Below are positions 16,329-25,639 of a DNA stretch of 64,000 nt, one piece after another. Origin of the DNA: Candidatus Methylomirabilia bacterium (lineage in GTDB: Bacteria; Methylomirabilota; Methylomirabilia; Rokubacteriales; CSP1-6); contig JBGQEL010000012.1 in the NCBI GenBank assembly GCA_041496385.1, forward strand, positions 11,409-75,408. The letters run 5' to 3'. Position numbers and translations under genes: made by a program. Position 1 is the first letter of the stretch. Each line of letters starts with the position of its first letter. The notes beneath the pieces were generated by a model that did not search any database, was not told the origin of the DNA, and saw only the letters and a program-made list of their open reading frames with translations.

Positions 16329-18244
16329 CGCTGGACGCTGCGGTAGACCCCGAGCGCCCAGAGGGGGAAGTACTTCGCGTAGAGGTGGTACTTGAGGTAG
16401 AAGACGCGCGGGAATCCCGTGCCGTTCCAGAGCCGATCGTCCCAGGAGCCGTCGGGCTGCTGCGCCTGCAGGAGATAGAGGACGCCGCGCTCGATGGCGC
16501 GGCCGCCCGTCCGGCCCGCGGCGAAGAGCGCCAGGAGCGCCCAGGCGGTCTGGCTCGGCGTCGACTCGCCGCTCCCGGCCAGCTCGGCGTCGTCGTAGCT
16601 CTCGCAGGTCTCGCCCCAGCCGCCGTCGGGGTTCTGTTGCCGCTCGAGCCAGCGGACCGCCCGCTGCACGTACTCGTGGCGCAGATCCTCGCCGATCGCC
16701 CTCAGGCCGCGGAGCACCGACCACGTTCCGTAGATGTAGTTGACGCCCCAGCGGCCCTCCCAGGGCCCGTCGTGCCGCTGCGCGTGGCGCAGAAAGTGGA
16801 TCGCGCGCCGCGCCGGCTCGAAGTCCGTGCCGTAACCCAGCGTGCCGAGGAGCTCGAGCCCGCGCCCCGTGAGGTCCTCCGTCGAGGGGTCGAGCAGCGC
16901 TCCGTGATCGGCGAAGGGGATGTTGTTCAGATAGAGGCGGTTGTTGTCGGCGTCGAACGAGCCCCAGCCGCCGTCCTCGCCCTGCATGCCGAGGAACCAG
17001 CCGAGGCCGAGCTCCTTCGCCGTCTGGGCGGCGTCGCCGTCGAGACCCCGCACCTTCTCCAGCGCCATCAGGACCATCGCCGTGTCGTCGAGGTCGGGAT
17101 AGAAGTCGTTGCGGTACTGGAACGCCCAGCCGCCGGGTTTCACGTGCGGCCGCTTCACCTGCCAGTCGCCCGGCACGAGCACCTGACGGTCGATGAGCCA
17201 CTCGGCGGCGCGCCGCAGCGTCGGGTCCTCGGGCGCGACTCCGCTCTCGACCAGCGCGTTGACGGTGAGCGCCGTGTCCCAGACGGGCGACGGGCAGGGC
17301 TGATAGTGAATCTCCTCGCCCTCCTCGACCGCGAGCGCCTCGATCTCCTTGATCTGCCCCATGACCAGCGGGTGATCGTCGGGGTAGCCCAGCAGCCGCA
17401 TCGCCAGGATCGAGTTGGCCATCGCCGGATAGATGCCGCCCAGGCCGCCGGGGACGGCGAGCCGCTCCTCGAGCCAGAGACGCGCCGCGTCGACCGCCCG
17501 CTTCCGGAGCGGGCGCTTCGTGAACCGCTCCCAGATCTTCAGGCCGTCGTCCACCGAGACGAAGAAGTTCTTCCAGAAGAGCTTGCGCCAGCTGAAGGGC
17601 TCCGGCACCCGCGGGAAGCGCAGGCTCGTCCGCTCGCGCGAGTCCGGCCAGAGCTCGTCGAGCGAGAGGTGGGGCGGGAGCCACTTCACCGGCTTGCGGT
17701 CCATGATGATCAGGAGGGGCACGATGACGGTCCGCGACCAGTACGAGACCTCGTAGATATTGAAGAGGAAGAAGGGGCGCGGCAGCAGCATGATCTCGAC
17801 CGGCATCGCGGGCACGCCGTTCCAGTCGTACTCGCCGAAGAGCGCCAGCAGGATCTTGGTGAAGACGTCGCTCTTCACGGGCCCGCCCATGTCGTGGATC
17901 CGCCCGCGCGCCGCCACCATCGCGGGGTCGTCCACGCCGACACCGGCCAGCTTCATCGCGAAGTAGGCCTTGATGGTCGCCGACAGATTCGACGGGCCGT
18001 CCTCGAAGAGGTTCCAGCCGCCGTCCGGGAGCTGGCGGCGGCGGAGGTAGTGGACGGCCTTGGCCTCGCGCTTGCGGTCCACACGGTCGATCAGGTGGCA
18101 GAGCAGGAGGAACTCGGACGTGATGGTCGTGTTGGCCTCGAGCTGGCCGACCCAGTGACCGTCGGGGGCCTGATGCGCCAGGAGCCAGGACTGGGCGCGC
18201 GCGATCGCGTCGGTGAGGGCCGTCACGAGGGCTGATGGTAACAT
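16325..18244 (-). CDS. shc: squalene-hopene cyclase
   Basis: 639 aa; DxDDTA catalytic motif (DLDDTAMVLMAL) and multiple QW repeats; N-terminus MLPSALVTALTDAIARAQSWLLAHQAPDGHW. Confidence 0.9.
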   Translation of the reverse strand: MLPSALVTALTDAIARAQSWLLAHQAPDGHWVGQLEANTTITSEFLLLCHLIDRVDRKREAKAVHYLRRRQLPDGGWNLFEDGPSNLSATIKAYFAMKLAGVGVDDPAMVAARGRIHDMGGPVKSDVFTKILLALFGEYDWNGVPAMPVEIMLLPRPFFLFNIYEVSYWSRTVIVPLLIIMDRKPVKWLPPHLSLDELWPDSRERTSLRFPRVPEPFSWRKLFWKNFFVSVDDGLKIWERFTKRPLRKRAVDAARLWLEERLAVPGGLGGIYPAMANSILAMRLLGYPDDHPLVMGQIKEIEALAVEEGEEIHYQPCPSPVWDTALTVNALVESGVAPEDPTLRRAAEWLIDRQVLVPGDWQVKRPHVKPGGWAFQYRNDFYPDLDDTAMVLMALEKVRGLDGDAAQTAKELGLGWFLGMQGEDGGWGSFDADNNRLYLNNIPFADHGALLDPSTEDLTGRGLELLGTLGYGTDFEPARRAIHFLRHAQRHDGPWEGRWGVNYIYGTWSVLRGLRAIGEDLRHEYVQRAVRWLERQQNPDGGWGETCESYDDAELAGSGESTPSQTAWALLALFAAGRTGGRAIERGVLYLLQAQQPDGSWDDRLWNGTGFPRVFYLKYHLYAKYFPLWALGVYRSVQR

Positions 18245-18271
18245 GTTGACTCGTCGAGTGAAAATGCTCTC

Positions 18272-19075
18272 ATGGATCTAGTCCTCGAAACCATCGCCCT
18301 GCGTCCTTACGTCTTCGGCTTCATGGCGGCGTTTCTCATCGCCGGCTGCCTCGACCTCGGGTGGCGGCGGACGCTCCTGTTCGGGGCCGTGGTCTCGCCG
18401 ATCGCGTGGCTCGCGGAGTTCTCCTCGACGCGCACGGGGATTCCGTTCGGGCTCTACACCTACACCGGCGCGACGCGCGGCGCGGAGCTCTACGTCGCCG
18501 ACGTGCCGTTCATGGACTCGATCTCGTTCGCCTTCCTCGCGTACGCCGCGTTCTGCCTGGCCCGCGCGGCCCTCGCGCGCCGGTCGCCCGGCCGCTGGGC
18601 GCTCGCCCTGAGGACGGGAGTGCTCATGATGGCGCTCGACGTCGTCATCGACCCGCTGGCCGTCCGCGGCGACCGCTGGTTTCTCGGACGGATCTTCTAC
18701 TACGCCGACGGCGGCGCGTACTTCGGCGTGCCCCTGTCGAACTTCGCGGGATGGGTCCTCGTCGGCGCCGTGGCAGTCGGCCTCTATCTGCTTCTGCCGG
18801 GGTCCGCGAGGCCGGCGCCAACCGCGGGTGGCCGGCAATGGGCACACGGGGCTCCCCTCGCGATGTCCCCCGTCGGCGAACGTGTCTGGCCGGGAGTCGC
18901 GCTATACTACGTCGTGCTCGGATTCAATTTGGCCGTGACCGCGTGGATCGGCGAATGGATGCTGGTCGCTCTCGGGTCCGCGCTCCACGCCGCGGTCGCC
19001 GTGGCCATCCGCTACGCGGGCCGGGAACACCGGGAGGCCCCGGTCATCCCGAGCCGGGGAGTTCAGCGCGCATGA
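18272..19075 (+). CDS. polytopic membrane protein, DUF422 / carotenoid-biosynthesis-protein-like (family uncertain)
   Basis: 267 aa, ~7 hydrophobic segments; divergent from shc; its stop overlaps the hpnH start (ATGA). Confidence 0.5.
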   Translation: MDLVLETIALRPYVFGFMAAFLIAGCLDLGWRRTLLFGAVVSPIAWLAEFSSTRTGIPFGLYTYTGATRGAELYVADVPFMDSISFAFLAYAAFCLARAALARRSPGRWALALRTGVLMMALDVVIDPLAVRGDRWFLGRIFYYADGGAYFGVPLSNFAGWVLVGAVAVGLYLLLPGSARPAPTAGGRQWAHGAPLAMSPVGERVWPGVALYYVVLGFNLAVTAWIGEWMLVALGSALHAAVAVAIRYAGREHREAPVIPSRGVQRA

Positions 19076-20094
19076 GCGTTCCGATCTCGCAGATGTGGGC
19101 CGTCGCCTCGTACGTCCTGGGGCAGCGCCTCCGGGGCCACGCGCGGTACCCGCTCGTGCTCATGCTCGAGCCGCTGTTCCGGTGCAACCTGGCGTGCGCC
19201 GGCTGCGGCAAGATCCAGTACCCGGCGCAGATTCTCCGCAAGCACCTGACCGTCGAGCAGTGCCTCGCCGCGGTCGAGGAGTGCGGCGCGCCGATGGTGT
19301 CGATCCCGGGGGGCGAGCCGCTCATGTATCCGGACATCGGGCCGCTCGTGAAGGCGCTCGTCGCCCGCAAGAAGTACGTCTACCTCTGCACCAACGCGAT
19401 CCTGCTGAAGGAGAAGCTCGAGGCCGGCCTGTTCGAGCCGTCCAAGTACCTCTCGTTCAGCGTGCACATGGACGGGCTGCGCGAGGAGCACGACGAGGCC
19501 GTCTGCCGCGACGGCGTCTACGACCAGGCGGTGGAAGGGATCCGCGCGGCACTCCGGCGGGGCTTCCGCGTGACGACGAACACGACGCTCTTCGACGGCG
19601 GGAACCCCCTGCGCATGCGCGAGTTCTTCGACGCCATGATGGACCTCGGCGTCGAGGGAATGATGATCTCGCCGGGCTACAGCTACTCGAAGGCGCCCGA
19701 CCAGGAGCACTTCCTCCGTCGCCAGCGCGCCCACGAGCTGTTCGGGACGATGCTCGGGAACCCGAAGAAACGCTGGAAGTTCAACCAGTCCCCGCTCTTC
19801 CTCCAGTTCCTCATGGGCAAGCAGGAGTTCGAGTGCACGCCCTGGGGGAACCCGACCTACAACATGTTCGGCTGGCAGCGCCCCTGCTACCTCCTGCAGG
19901 AGGGATACGCGAAGACCTTCCGCGAGCTGATCGAGACGACGCGGTGGGAGCAGTACGGGCGCAAGAGCGGCAACGAGAAGTGCCGCGACTGCATGGTCCA
20001 CTGCGGCCACGAGCCGACGGCGGTGCACCACACCTTCAGCTCGTGGCGCGGCCTGCGCGACACGGTCGTCACGACGGTCACGGGCCGCCTCTAG
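19072..20094 (+). CDS. hpnH: adenosylhopane synthase, radical SAM HpnH
   Basis: C-terminal 340 codons of ORF 18361..20094, from ATG 19072 (MSVPISQMWAVASYVLGQRLRG...). YPLVLMLEPLFRCNLACAGCGKIQ radical-SAM region is characteristic of HpnH. Confidence 0.85.
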   Translation: MSVPISQMWAVASYVLGQRLRGHARYPLVLMLEPLFRCNLACAGCGKIQYPAQILRKHLTVEQCLAAVEECGAPMVSIPGGEPLMYPDIGPLVKALVARKKYVYLCTNAILLKEKLEAGLFEPSKYLSFSVHMDGLREEHDEAVCRDGVYDQAVEGIRAALRRGFRVTTNTTLFDGGNPLRMREFFDAMMDLGVEGMMISPGYSYSKAPDQEHFLRRQRAHELFGTMLGNPKKRWKFNQSPLFLQFLMGKQEFECTPWGNPTYNMFGWQRPCYLLQEGYAKTFRELIETTRWEQYGRKSGNEKCRDCMVHCGHEPTAVHHTFSSWRGLRDTVVTTVTGRL

Positions 20095-20103
20095 CCCCCG
20101 GCG

Positions 20104-20433
20104 ATGACGGACGAGGCGCTCGAGGGCTGGGCCCCGCGGATCGGCGACGGGATCACGCTCGAGGAGGTCGTCGAGCAGGCCTTCGACTACCGCGGCAACG
20201 TCACGCTCGTGAAGACCGACGGCTCCGAGCTCGAGGGCTACCTGTTCAACCGCAGCCGCGACGTCGGCGAGCCCTTCGTCCAGATCTTCGACCTCGCCGG
20301 CGTCGGCCCCCACGACGTCCGCTACGCCGACATCCGCACCATCCGCTTCACGGGCAAGGACACGGCGGCCGGGAACTCGTACGCGGCCTGGCTCCGCGCC
20401 AAGGAGTCCAAGAAGCCGGCCTCGGGCGCGTGA
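20104..20433 (+). CDS. hypothetical protein (109 aa) embedded in hpn operon
   Basis: Intact ORF 10 nt after the hpnH stop, acidic N-half; its stop overlaps the hpnG GTG start (GTGA). No family recognised. Confidence 0.5.
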   Translation: MTDEALEGWAPRIGDGITLEEVVEQAFDYRGNVTLVKTDGSELEGYLFNRSRDVGEPFVQIFDLAGVGPHDVRYADIRTIRFTGKDTAAGNSYAAWLRAKESKKPASGA

Positions 20434-21110
20434 CACACGTCGCCGTCTTCACCGCCGTCGAGCTCGAGGCCCGCACGCTCGCGCGGCTGCTCGGCCTGCC
20501 TCGCGTCGCGGGCGCCGCGTGGCCGCACTTCGGCGCGGGCGCCCTGGAGATCGTCTGCGCCGGTCCCCGCGCGCGCTTCCTCGACGACCGCGCGCGGGGG
20601 CTGGCGGCCCCCACGCTGGTCGTCTCGGCGGGCGTCTGCGGCGCGCTCTCGCCGGACCTGCGCGAGGGCGATCTGGTCGTGCCCGCGACCGTCCTCGGCC
20701 CGGCGGGCGAGCGCCACGCCACCGCCGAGCTTGCCGGGCTGCCGCGCGCGGGCGCGCTGGCGAGCGTGAGGGACGTGGTCGCGACGCCGGCGGCGAAGGC
20801 GCGCCTCTGGGTCGAGACGCAGGCCCTCGCGTGCGACATGGAATCGGCGGCCATCCTCGCGTGGGCGGGCGCGCGCGGGATCCCGGCCGCGGTGATCCGC
20901 GGCGTCAGCGACGCGGCGGACCGGGGCGTGCCGCGAGACCTCGCGGCGGTCGTCGAGCCCGACGGGCGCGTCCACACCGCGCGCGCGGTGCGCGCGATGC
21001 TCGCGCGGCCGCGCGCGATCGCCGACGCGATGACGCTGCGGACCGGCACCGGCGCCGCGCTGAAGGCCGTCGCGCAGGCGTTGGGCCGCCTCGCGAGGCA
21101 CCGGGCGTGA
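20430..21110 (+). CDS. hpnG: hopanoid-associated nucleosidase/phosphorylase HpnG (PNP/MTAN family)
   Basis: In-frame part of ORF 19095..21110, from GTG 20430 (VTHVAVFTAVELEARTL...). PNP/MTA-nucleosidase-type fold motifs (AVIRGVSD) in the expected position between hpnH and hpnA. Confidence 0.7.
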   Translation: MTHVAVFTAVELEARTLARLLGLPRVAGAAWPHFGAGALEIVCAGPRARFLDDRARGLAAPTLVVSAGVCGALSPDLREGDLVVPATVLGPAGERHATAELAGLPRAGALASVRDVVATPAAKARLWVETQALACDMESAAILAWAGARGIPAAVIRGVSDAADRGVPRDLAAVVEPDGRVHTARAVRAMLARPRAIADAMTLRTGTGAALKAVAQALGRLARHRA

Positions 21111-22114
21111 TCGCGCTGGTCACGGGCGGCACCGGGTTCGTGGGGGCCAACCTCGTGCGCGAGCTCCTCCGGGACCGGCGCGCCGTGCGCGTCCTCGCGC
21201 GGCCGGGCGGCGATCGGCGCGCGCTGGCCGGGCTCGACGTCGAGATCTGCGAGGGCGACCTGCTCGATCCTGCCTCGCTCCGCCGCGCGGTGCGGGGCGC
21301 GGACACGATCTTCCACGTCGCGGCCGACTACCGCCTGTGGGCGCGCGACCCCGGCGAGATGCACCGCGCGAACGTGGGCGGCACGCGCGCCATCCTCGAG
21401 GCGGCGGCGGAGCACGGCGCGCGGCGCGTGGTCTACACGTCGACGGTCGGCGCCCTCGGCATCCCGAAGGACGGCTCGCCGGGCACGGAGGACACGCCGG
21501 TCTCGCTGCGCGACATGGTCGGCCCGTACAAGACGTCGAAGTTCATCGCCGAGCAGGTGGCGCTGGGCTTCGCGCAGCAGGGTCTGCCGCTGGTGATCGT
21601 GAACCCTTCGGCGCCCGTCGGCCCGTGGGACGTGAAGCCCACGCCGACCGGGCAGATGATCGTGGATTTCCTCAGCGGCCGGATGGTCGCGACGCTCGAC
21701 ACGGGGCTCAACCTGATCCACGTGCGCGACGTCGCGCGCGGGCACATCCTCGCGGCCGAGCGCGGTCGCGTCGGCGAGAAGTACATCCTCGGCCACGCGG
21801 ACCTGTCCCTCGCCGAGATCGGGCTGCTCCTCTCCGAGGTCACCGGGATCCGTCCGCCGCGCCTCCGGGTCCCCTACGCGGTGGCCTGGCTCGCGGCCGC
21901 GTCCATGGAGGCGGCGGCCCGGCTGACGGGCGGCGCGCCCCGGGTGCCGCTGACCGCGGTGCGCATGGCGAAGAAGCGCATGTACTTCAGCGCGGCCCGG
22001 GCGGTGCGCGAGCTGGGGCTGCCGCAGACCGACGTGCGCGAGGCGCTGCGCGACGCGGCGGAGTGGTTTTCGGCGCGCGGCTATGTCAAGCTCCCGGCGA
22101 GGCAGACGGCATGA
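21107..22114 (+). CDS. hpnA: hopanoid-associated NAD-dependent sugar epimerase/dehydratase HpnA
   Basis: From GTG 21107 (VIALVTGGTGFVGANLVREL...); Rossmann GxxGxxG and YxxxK (YKTSK) SDR-extended motifs; GTG overlaps the hpnG stop. Confidence 0.75.
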   Translation: MIALVTGGTGFVGANLVRELLRDRRAVRVLARPGGDRRALAGLDVEICEGDLLDPASLRRAVRGADTIFHVAADYRLWARDPGEMHRANVGGTRAILEAAAEHGARRVVYTSTVGALGIPKDGSPGTEDTPVSLRDMVGPYKTSKFIAEQVALGFAQQGLPLVIVNPSAPVGPWDVKPTPTGQMIVDFLSGRMVATLDTGLNLIHVRDVARGHILAAERGRVGEKYILGHADLSLAEIGLLLSEVTGIRPPRLRVPYAVAWLAAASMEAAARLTGGAPRVPLTAVRMAKKRMYFSAARAVRELGLPQTDVREALRDAAEWFSARGYVKLPARQTA

Positions 22115-22998
22115 TCGCCGACCTCGCCGCGCGGCTCACCCGGAAGAGCCGGTCGAACTTCTACTACGCGTTCCTCGCGCTGCCGCGGCCGCGCCGCGAG
22201 GCGCTCTACGCCGTCTACGCGTTCTGCCGCACGGTCGACGACATCGCCGACCTGGGCGGCGCGCGGGGCGGGGGTCCGGCGGCGCAGCGGGACGAGCTCG
22301 CCCGCTGGCGCGCGGACGTCCTGCGCTGCTACACCCCCGACGGCTCGCCCGAGCATCCGCTCGCGCGCCGGCTCCAGGCCGCGGTGCGCGCCTTCGCGAT
22401 CCCGCGCGAGGCGCTGCTGGCGATCATCGAGGGCGTCGAGATGGACCTCGACCGGGTCGTGTACGAGACCGCCGAGGACCTCTATCCCTACTGCTATCGC
22501 GTCGCGTCGGCCGTCGGCCTCTGCTGCATCGAGATCTTCGGCTACACCGACCCCCGCGCGCGCGAGTACGCCGTCCGCCTCGGCACGGCGCTCCAGCTCA
22601 CGAACATCATCCGTGACGTCGGCGCGGATGCGCGCGACGGCCGCGTGTACCTGCCGCTGGAGGATCTCCGCAAGTTCGGCGTCACCGTCGACGACCTCCG
22701 CACGGGACGCTACGGCGAGCCCTTCGTCGCGCTCATGGCCCACCAGGCGGAACGCGCCCGGCGGTTCTACCGGCTCGCGCGGGAGAGCTTCCCGGCGGCC
22801 GACGCGCGCGCGCTCGTGCCCGCCGAGATCATGGGGCGCATCTACCGGGCGCTCCTCGAGGAGATCGAGGCGCGCCGCTTCCGCGTCTTCGACCGGCGGA
22901 TCACCGTACCGGCGCGGCGGAAGGTCGCCATCGCCCTCGTCTGCTGGGCGTCGGCCCGGATGGCCGCGCGCGCGGCGGGACGGCCGGGGGCCGCATGA
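22111..22998 (+). CDS. squalene/phytoene synthase family protein (HpnC/HpnD-like)
   Basis: From ATG 22111 (MIADLAARLTRKSRSNFYYAF...). Asp-rich motifs YAFCRTVDDIAD and NIIRDVGADARDGRVYLP; ATG overlaps the hpnA stop (ATGA). The only member of this family in the window. Confidence 0.75.
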   Translation: MIADLAARLTRKSRSNFYYAFLALPRPRREALYAVYAFCRTVDDIADLGGARGGGPAAQRDELARWRADVLRCYTPDGSPEHPLARRLQAAVRAFAIPREALLAIIEGVEMDLDRVVYETAEDLYPYCYRVASAVGLCCIEIFGYTDPRAREYAVRLGTALQLTNIIRDVGADARDGRVYLPLEDLRKFGVTVDDLRTGRYGEPFVALMAHQAERARRFYRLARESFPAADARALVPAEIMGRIYRALLEEIEARRFRVFDRRITVPARRKVAIALVCWASARMAARAAGRPGAA

Positions 22999-24005
22999 TC
23001 GCCGCCGTCCTGCGCGAGGGAGGGCGGCTCGCCGCCGAGGAGTGGCCCCGCCCGTCGATCGGCGCCGGCGAGGTGCTGCTCCGCCTCCGGGGCTGCGGCC
23101 TCTGCGGCTCGGACATCGCGAAGATCGTGGACCCGCGGACGCCCGTGCCGCTCGTGCTGGGCCACGAGGTCGTCGGCGAGGTGGCGGCGACGGGCGCCGG
23201 CGTGACGGACTACGCGATCGGTGACCGCGTCGCCGCGGCGCACCACGTGCCCTGCGGCGACTGTCACTACTGCCGGCGCGGCAGCGAGTCCATGTGCCGC
23301 ACCTTCAAGGCGTCGAACCTCGACCCCGGCGGCTTCGCCGAGTACGTCCGGATCCCGGAGCCGAACGTGCGGCACGCCATGTTCCGCGTGCCGCGGCACG
23401 TGAGCGACGAGGCGGCCTCGTTCGTCGAGCCGCTGGCGTGCTGCCTGCGCTCCCTGCGGCGCGCGCGCGTCGAGCGCGGCGACACGACCGTGGTGGTCGG
23501 GCTCGGCTCGATCGGCTGCCTGTTCGTCCAGCTCCTCGCGAACGCCGGCGTGCGCGTCGTCGGCTGCGACCCGGTCGCCGACCGCGCGGACGTCGCCAGG
23601 CGGATGGGCGCCGTGGCCGCCGGAGGGGCCGAGGTCGCCGTGGCGGCGCAGCGCGAGCTCTCCGAGGGCCGCGGCGCCGACCAGGTCATCGTGACCGGCG
23701 GCGGCGTGGACGTCCTGCCCTGGGCGGCCGACGTCCTGCGCGACGGCGGCAGCGTCCACTACTTCGCCGGCGGCGCGGGCGACGCGCTGCCGCTCCGGCT
23801 CGAGACGCTCTATCACCGCGAGCTCACTGTCACCGCGACCTACTCGTCCTCGCCCGCCGACCTCGCGGAGGCCTTCCGGCTCATCGCGAGTGGCGCGGTC
23901 GCGCCCGAGCGGCTCGTCACCCACCGGCTCTCGCTCGGCGGCCTGCACCGCGGCGTGGAGCTGATGCGCCGCCGCGAGGCGCTCAAGGTGTACGTGACGC
24001 CGTGA
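22995..24005 (+). CDS. Zn-dependent alcohol/polyol dehydrogenase (MDR family) 1
   Basis: 336 aa; catalytic Zn ligands (C..GHE), structural-Zn cysteines CGDCHYCRRGSESMC, GLGSIG Rossmann; ATG overlaps the upstream stop (ATGA). Confidence 0.75.
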   Translation: MIAAVLREGGRLAAEEWPRPSIGAGEVLLRLRGCGLCGSDIAKIVDPRTPVPLVLGHEVVGEVAATGAGVTDYAIGDRVAAAHHVPCGDCHYCRRGSESMCRTFKASNLDPGGFAEYVRIPEPNVRHAMFRVPRHVSDEAASFVEPLACCLRSLRRARVERGDTTVVVGLGSIGCLFVQLLANAGVRVVGCDPVADRADVARRMGAVAAGGAEVAVAAQRELSEGRGADQVIVTGGGVDVLPWAADVLRDGGSVHYFAGGAGDALPLRLETLYHRELTVTATYSSSPADLAEAFRLIASGAVAPERLVTHRLSLGGLHRGVELMRRREALKVYVTP

Positions 24006-25027
24006 GGGCGATGGTCTTTCACGGCCCGGGCGACCTCCGCCACGAGGAGCTCCCCCTGCCCGAGCCCGCGGCGGGTGAGCTCGTGCTGCGGATCGACGCG
24101 GCCCTCACGTGCGGCACCGACGTGAAGACGCTCCGGCGCGGTCATCCGGTGATGATCCCGACCGTTCCGACCGTGTTCGGTCACGAGCTGGCGGGCACCG
24201 TCACCGCGGTCGGCGCGGGTGTGCGGCGCTTCCACGAGGGCGACCGCGTGGTCGCGGCCAACTCGGCGCCGTGCGGCGACTGCCGCCTCTGCCTCGCGGG
24301 CCGGCCGAATCTCTGCGAGGACCTCCTCTTCGTCAACGGCGCGTACGGCGAGTTCATCGCGCTGCCGCCGCGCCTCGTGGCCCGGAACGTCGTCCCGCTC
24401 GGGCGCGGGCTGCCCGCGTCGCGCGCGGCGTTCGCCGAGCCGCTCGCCTGCGCGCTCCTCGGCGTGGAGCGCGCGCGGGTGGAGTCGGGCCAGACGGTCG
24501 CCGTCTTCGGTCACGGGCCGCTGGGCTGTCTCCTGGCCATGGTCGCGGCCGCGCGGAAGGCGCGCGTGCTGCTCGTCGGCAAGGCGGGCTGGCGGCTCGA
24601 CCGGGTGCGCGAGCTCGGGATCGGCGAGTGCCTCGACGCGAGCCGAACGGACAGCGTTGTCGCGCACATCCGTGAGGCGACGGGGGGCCGGGGCGCCGAG
24701 GTCGCGATCGACGCGACGGGCCGGCCCGAGGTGTGGGAGCAGGCCGTCGATGCGACGGCCCGCGGGGGCAGCGTGGTATTCTTTGGAGGCTGTGCGCCCG
24801 GCACGTCGATCCGGCTGGACACGCGCCGCGCGCATTACGAAGAACTCACGCTCCTGGGGGCGTTCCATCACACGCCCGAGCTGATCCGTCGGGCGGTCGA
24901 CCTCATGGAGGCCGGGGTGCTGGTGCCTGACGGCCTGATCACCCACCGGATGCCGCTCGAGGCCGTCAGACAGGCGCTCGACCTCATGGCGCGGGGTGAG
25001 GCGCTGAAGGTGCTGATCGAACCATGA
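24002..25027 (+). CDS. Zn-dependent alcohol/polyol dehydrogenase (MDR family) 2
   Basis: From GTG 24002 / ATG 24011 (MRAMVFHGPGDL...). GHELAG, CGDCRLCLAGRPNLC, GHGPLG motifs; the start overlaps the upstream stop. Confidence 0.75.
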   Translation: MRAMVFHGPGDLRHEELPLPEPAAGELVLRIDAALTCGTDVKTLRRGHPVMIPTVPTVFGHELAGTVTAVGAGVRRFHEGDRVVAANSAPCGDCRLCLAGRPNLCEDLLFVNGAYGEFIALPPRLVARNVVPLGRGLPASRAAFAEPLACALLGVERARVESGQTVAVFGHGPLGCLLAMVAAARKARVLLVGKAGWRLDRVRELGIGECLDASRTDSVVAHIREATGGRGAEVAIDATGRPEVWEQAVDATARGGSVVFFGGCAPGTSIRLDTRRAHYEELTLLGAFHHTPELIRRAVDLMEAGVLVPDGLITHRMPLEAVRQALDLMARGEALKVLIEP

Positions 25028-25626
25028 CGAAGCTGATGGTCTCCGCGGTGGCGCTCGTGGCCCTCGCGACGCTGGCCGCGCCGGCGCGGGCCTTCGACGC
25101 CGCGGACACCTTCAGGAAGGGCACGCTCGTCCTCTCCGGCGAGGGCAGCTACGGCGAGCAGTTCAACCTCGAGCGGTTCCGCGTCCAGAGCGACATCAAG
25201 TTCTTCAACCTGGGGTTCCGATCCTCGCTCCTGCCCTTCGAGCCCTTCGCCGCCGGGAGCGCCGCGCACGGCGCGCTCGAGATCGGGCTCGAGCCGCTCT
25301 ACCAGCGCTACACGGAACCCCAGACCGCCTTCTGGGCCGGCGTCGCGGCGGTCTTCCGCTACCACTTCCTGGCGCTCGGCCGCGTCGTCCCGTACGCGGA
25401 GCTCGCCGCGGCCGCGGGCGGCACCGACCTCCACGTGCGGGAGATCGACTCGGACTTCTCGTTCCTCCTGTTCGGCGGCCTCGGCGCGTCGGTCTTCGTC
25501 ACCGACTCGACCGCGCTCTACGCCGGCTACCGGTACGAGCACAACTCCAACGGCAACACGGCCACGCCGAACCGGGGCTGGGAGTCGCACGTGGGCGTGG
25601 TCGGCGTGTCGTACTATTTCCGCTGA
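25024..25626 (+). CDS. outer-membrane beta-barrel protein, lipid A deacylase PagL-like
   Basis: 200 aa; signal peptide MTKLMVSAVALVALATLAAPARA; C-terminal aromatic YYFR; H-x-S-N-G (EHNSNGN) resembling the PagL catalytic His/Ser motif. ATG overlaps the upstream stop (ATGA). Confidence 0.45.
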   Translation: MTKLMVSAVALVALATLAAPARAFDAADTFRKGTLVLSGEGSYGEQFNLERFRVQSDIKFFNLGFRSSLLPFEPFAAGSAAHGALEIGLEPLYQRYTEPQTAFWAGVAAVFRYHFLALGRVVPYAELAAAAGGTDLHVREIDSDFSFLLFGGLGASVFVTDSTALYAGYRYEHNSNGNTATPNRGWESHVGVVGVSYYFR

Positions 25627-25639
25627 GGCGGGGGGGCCG

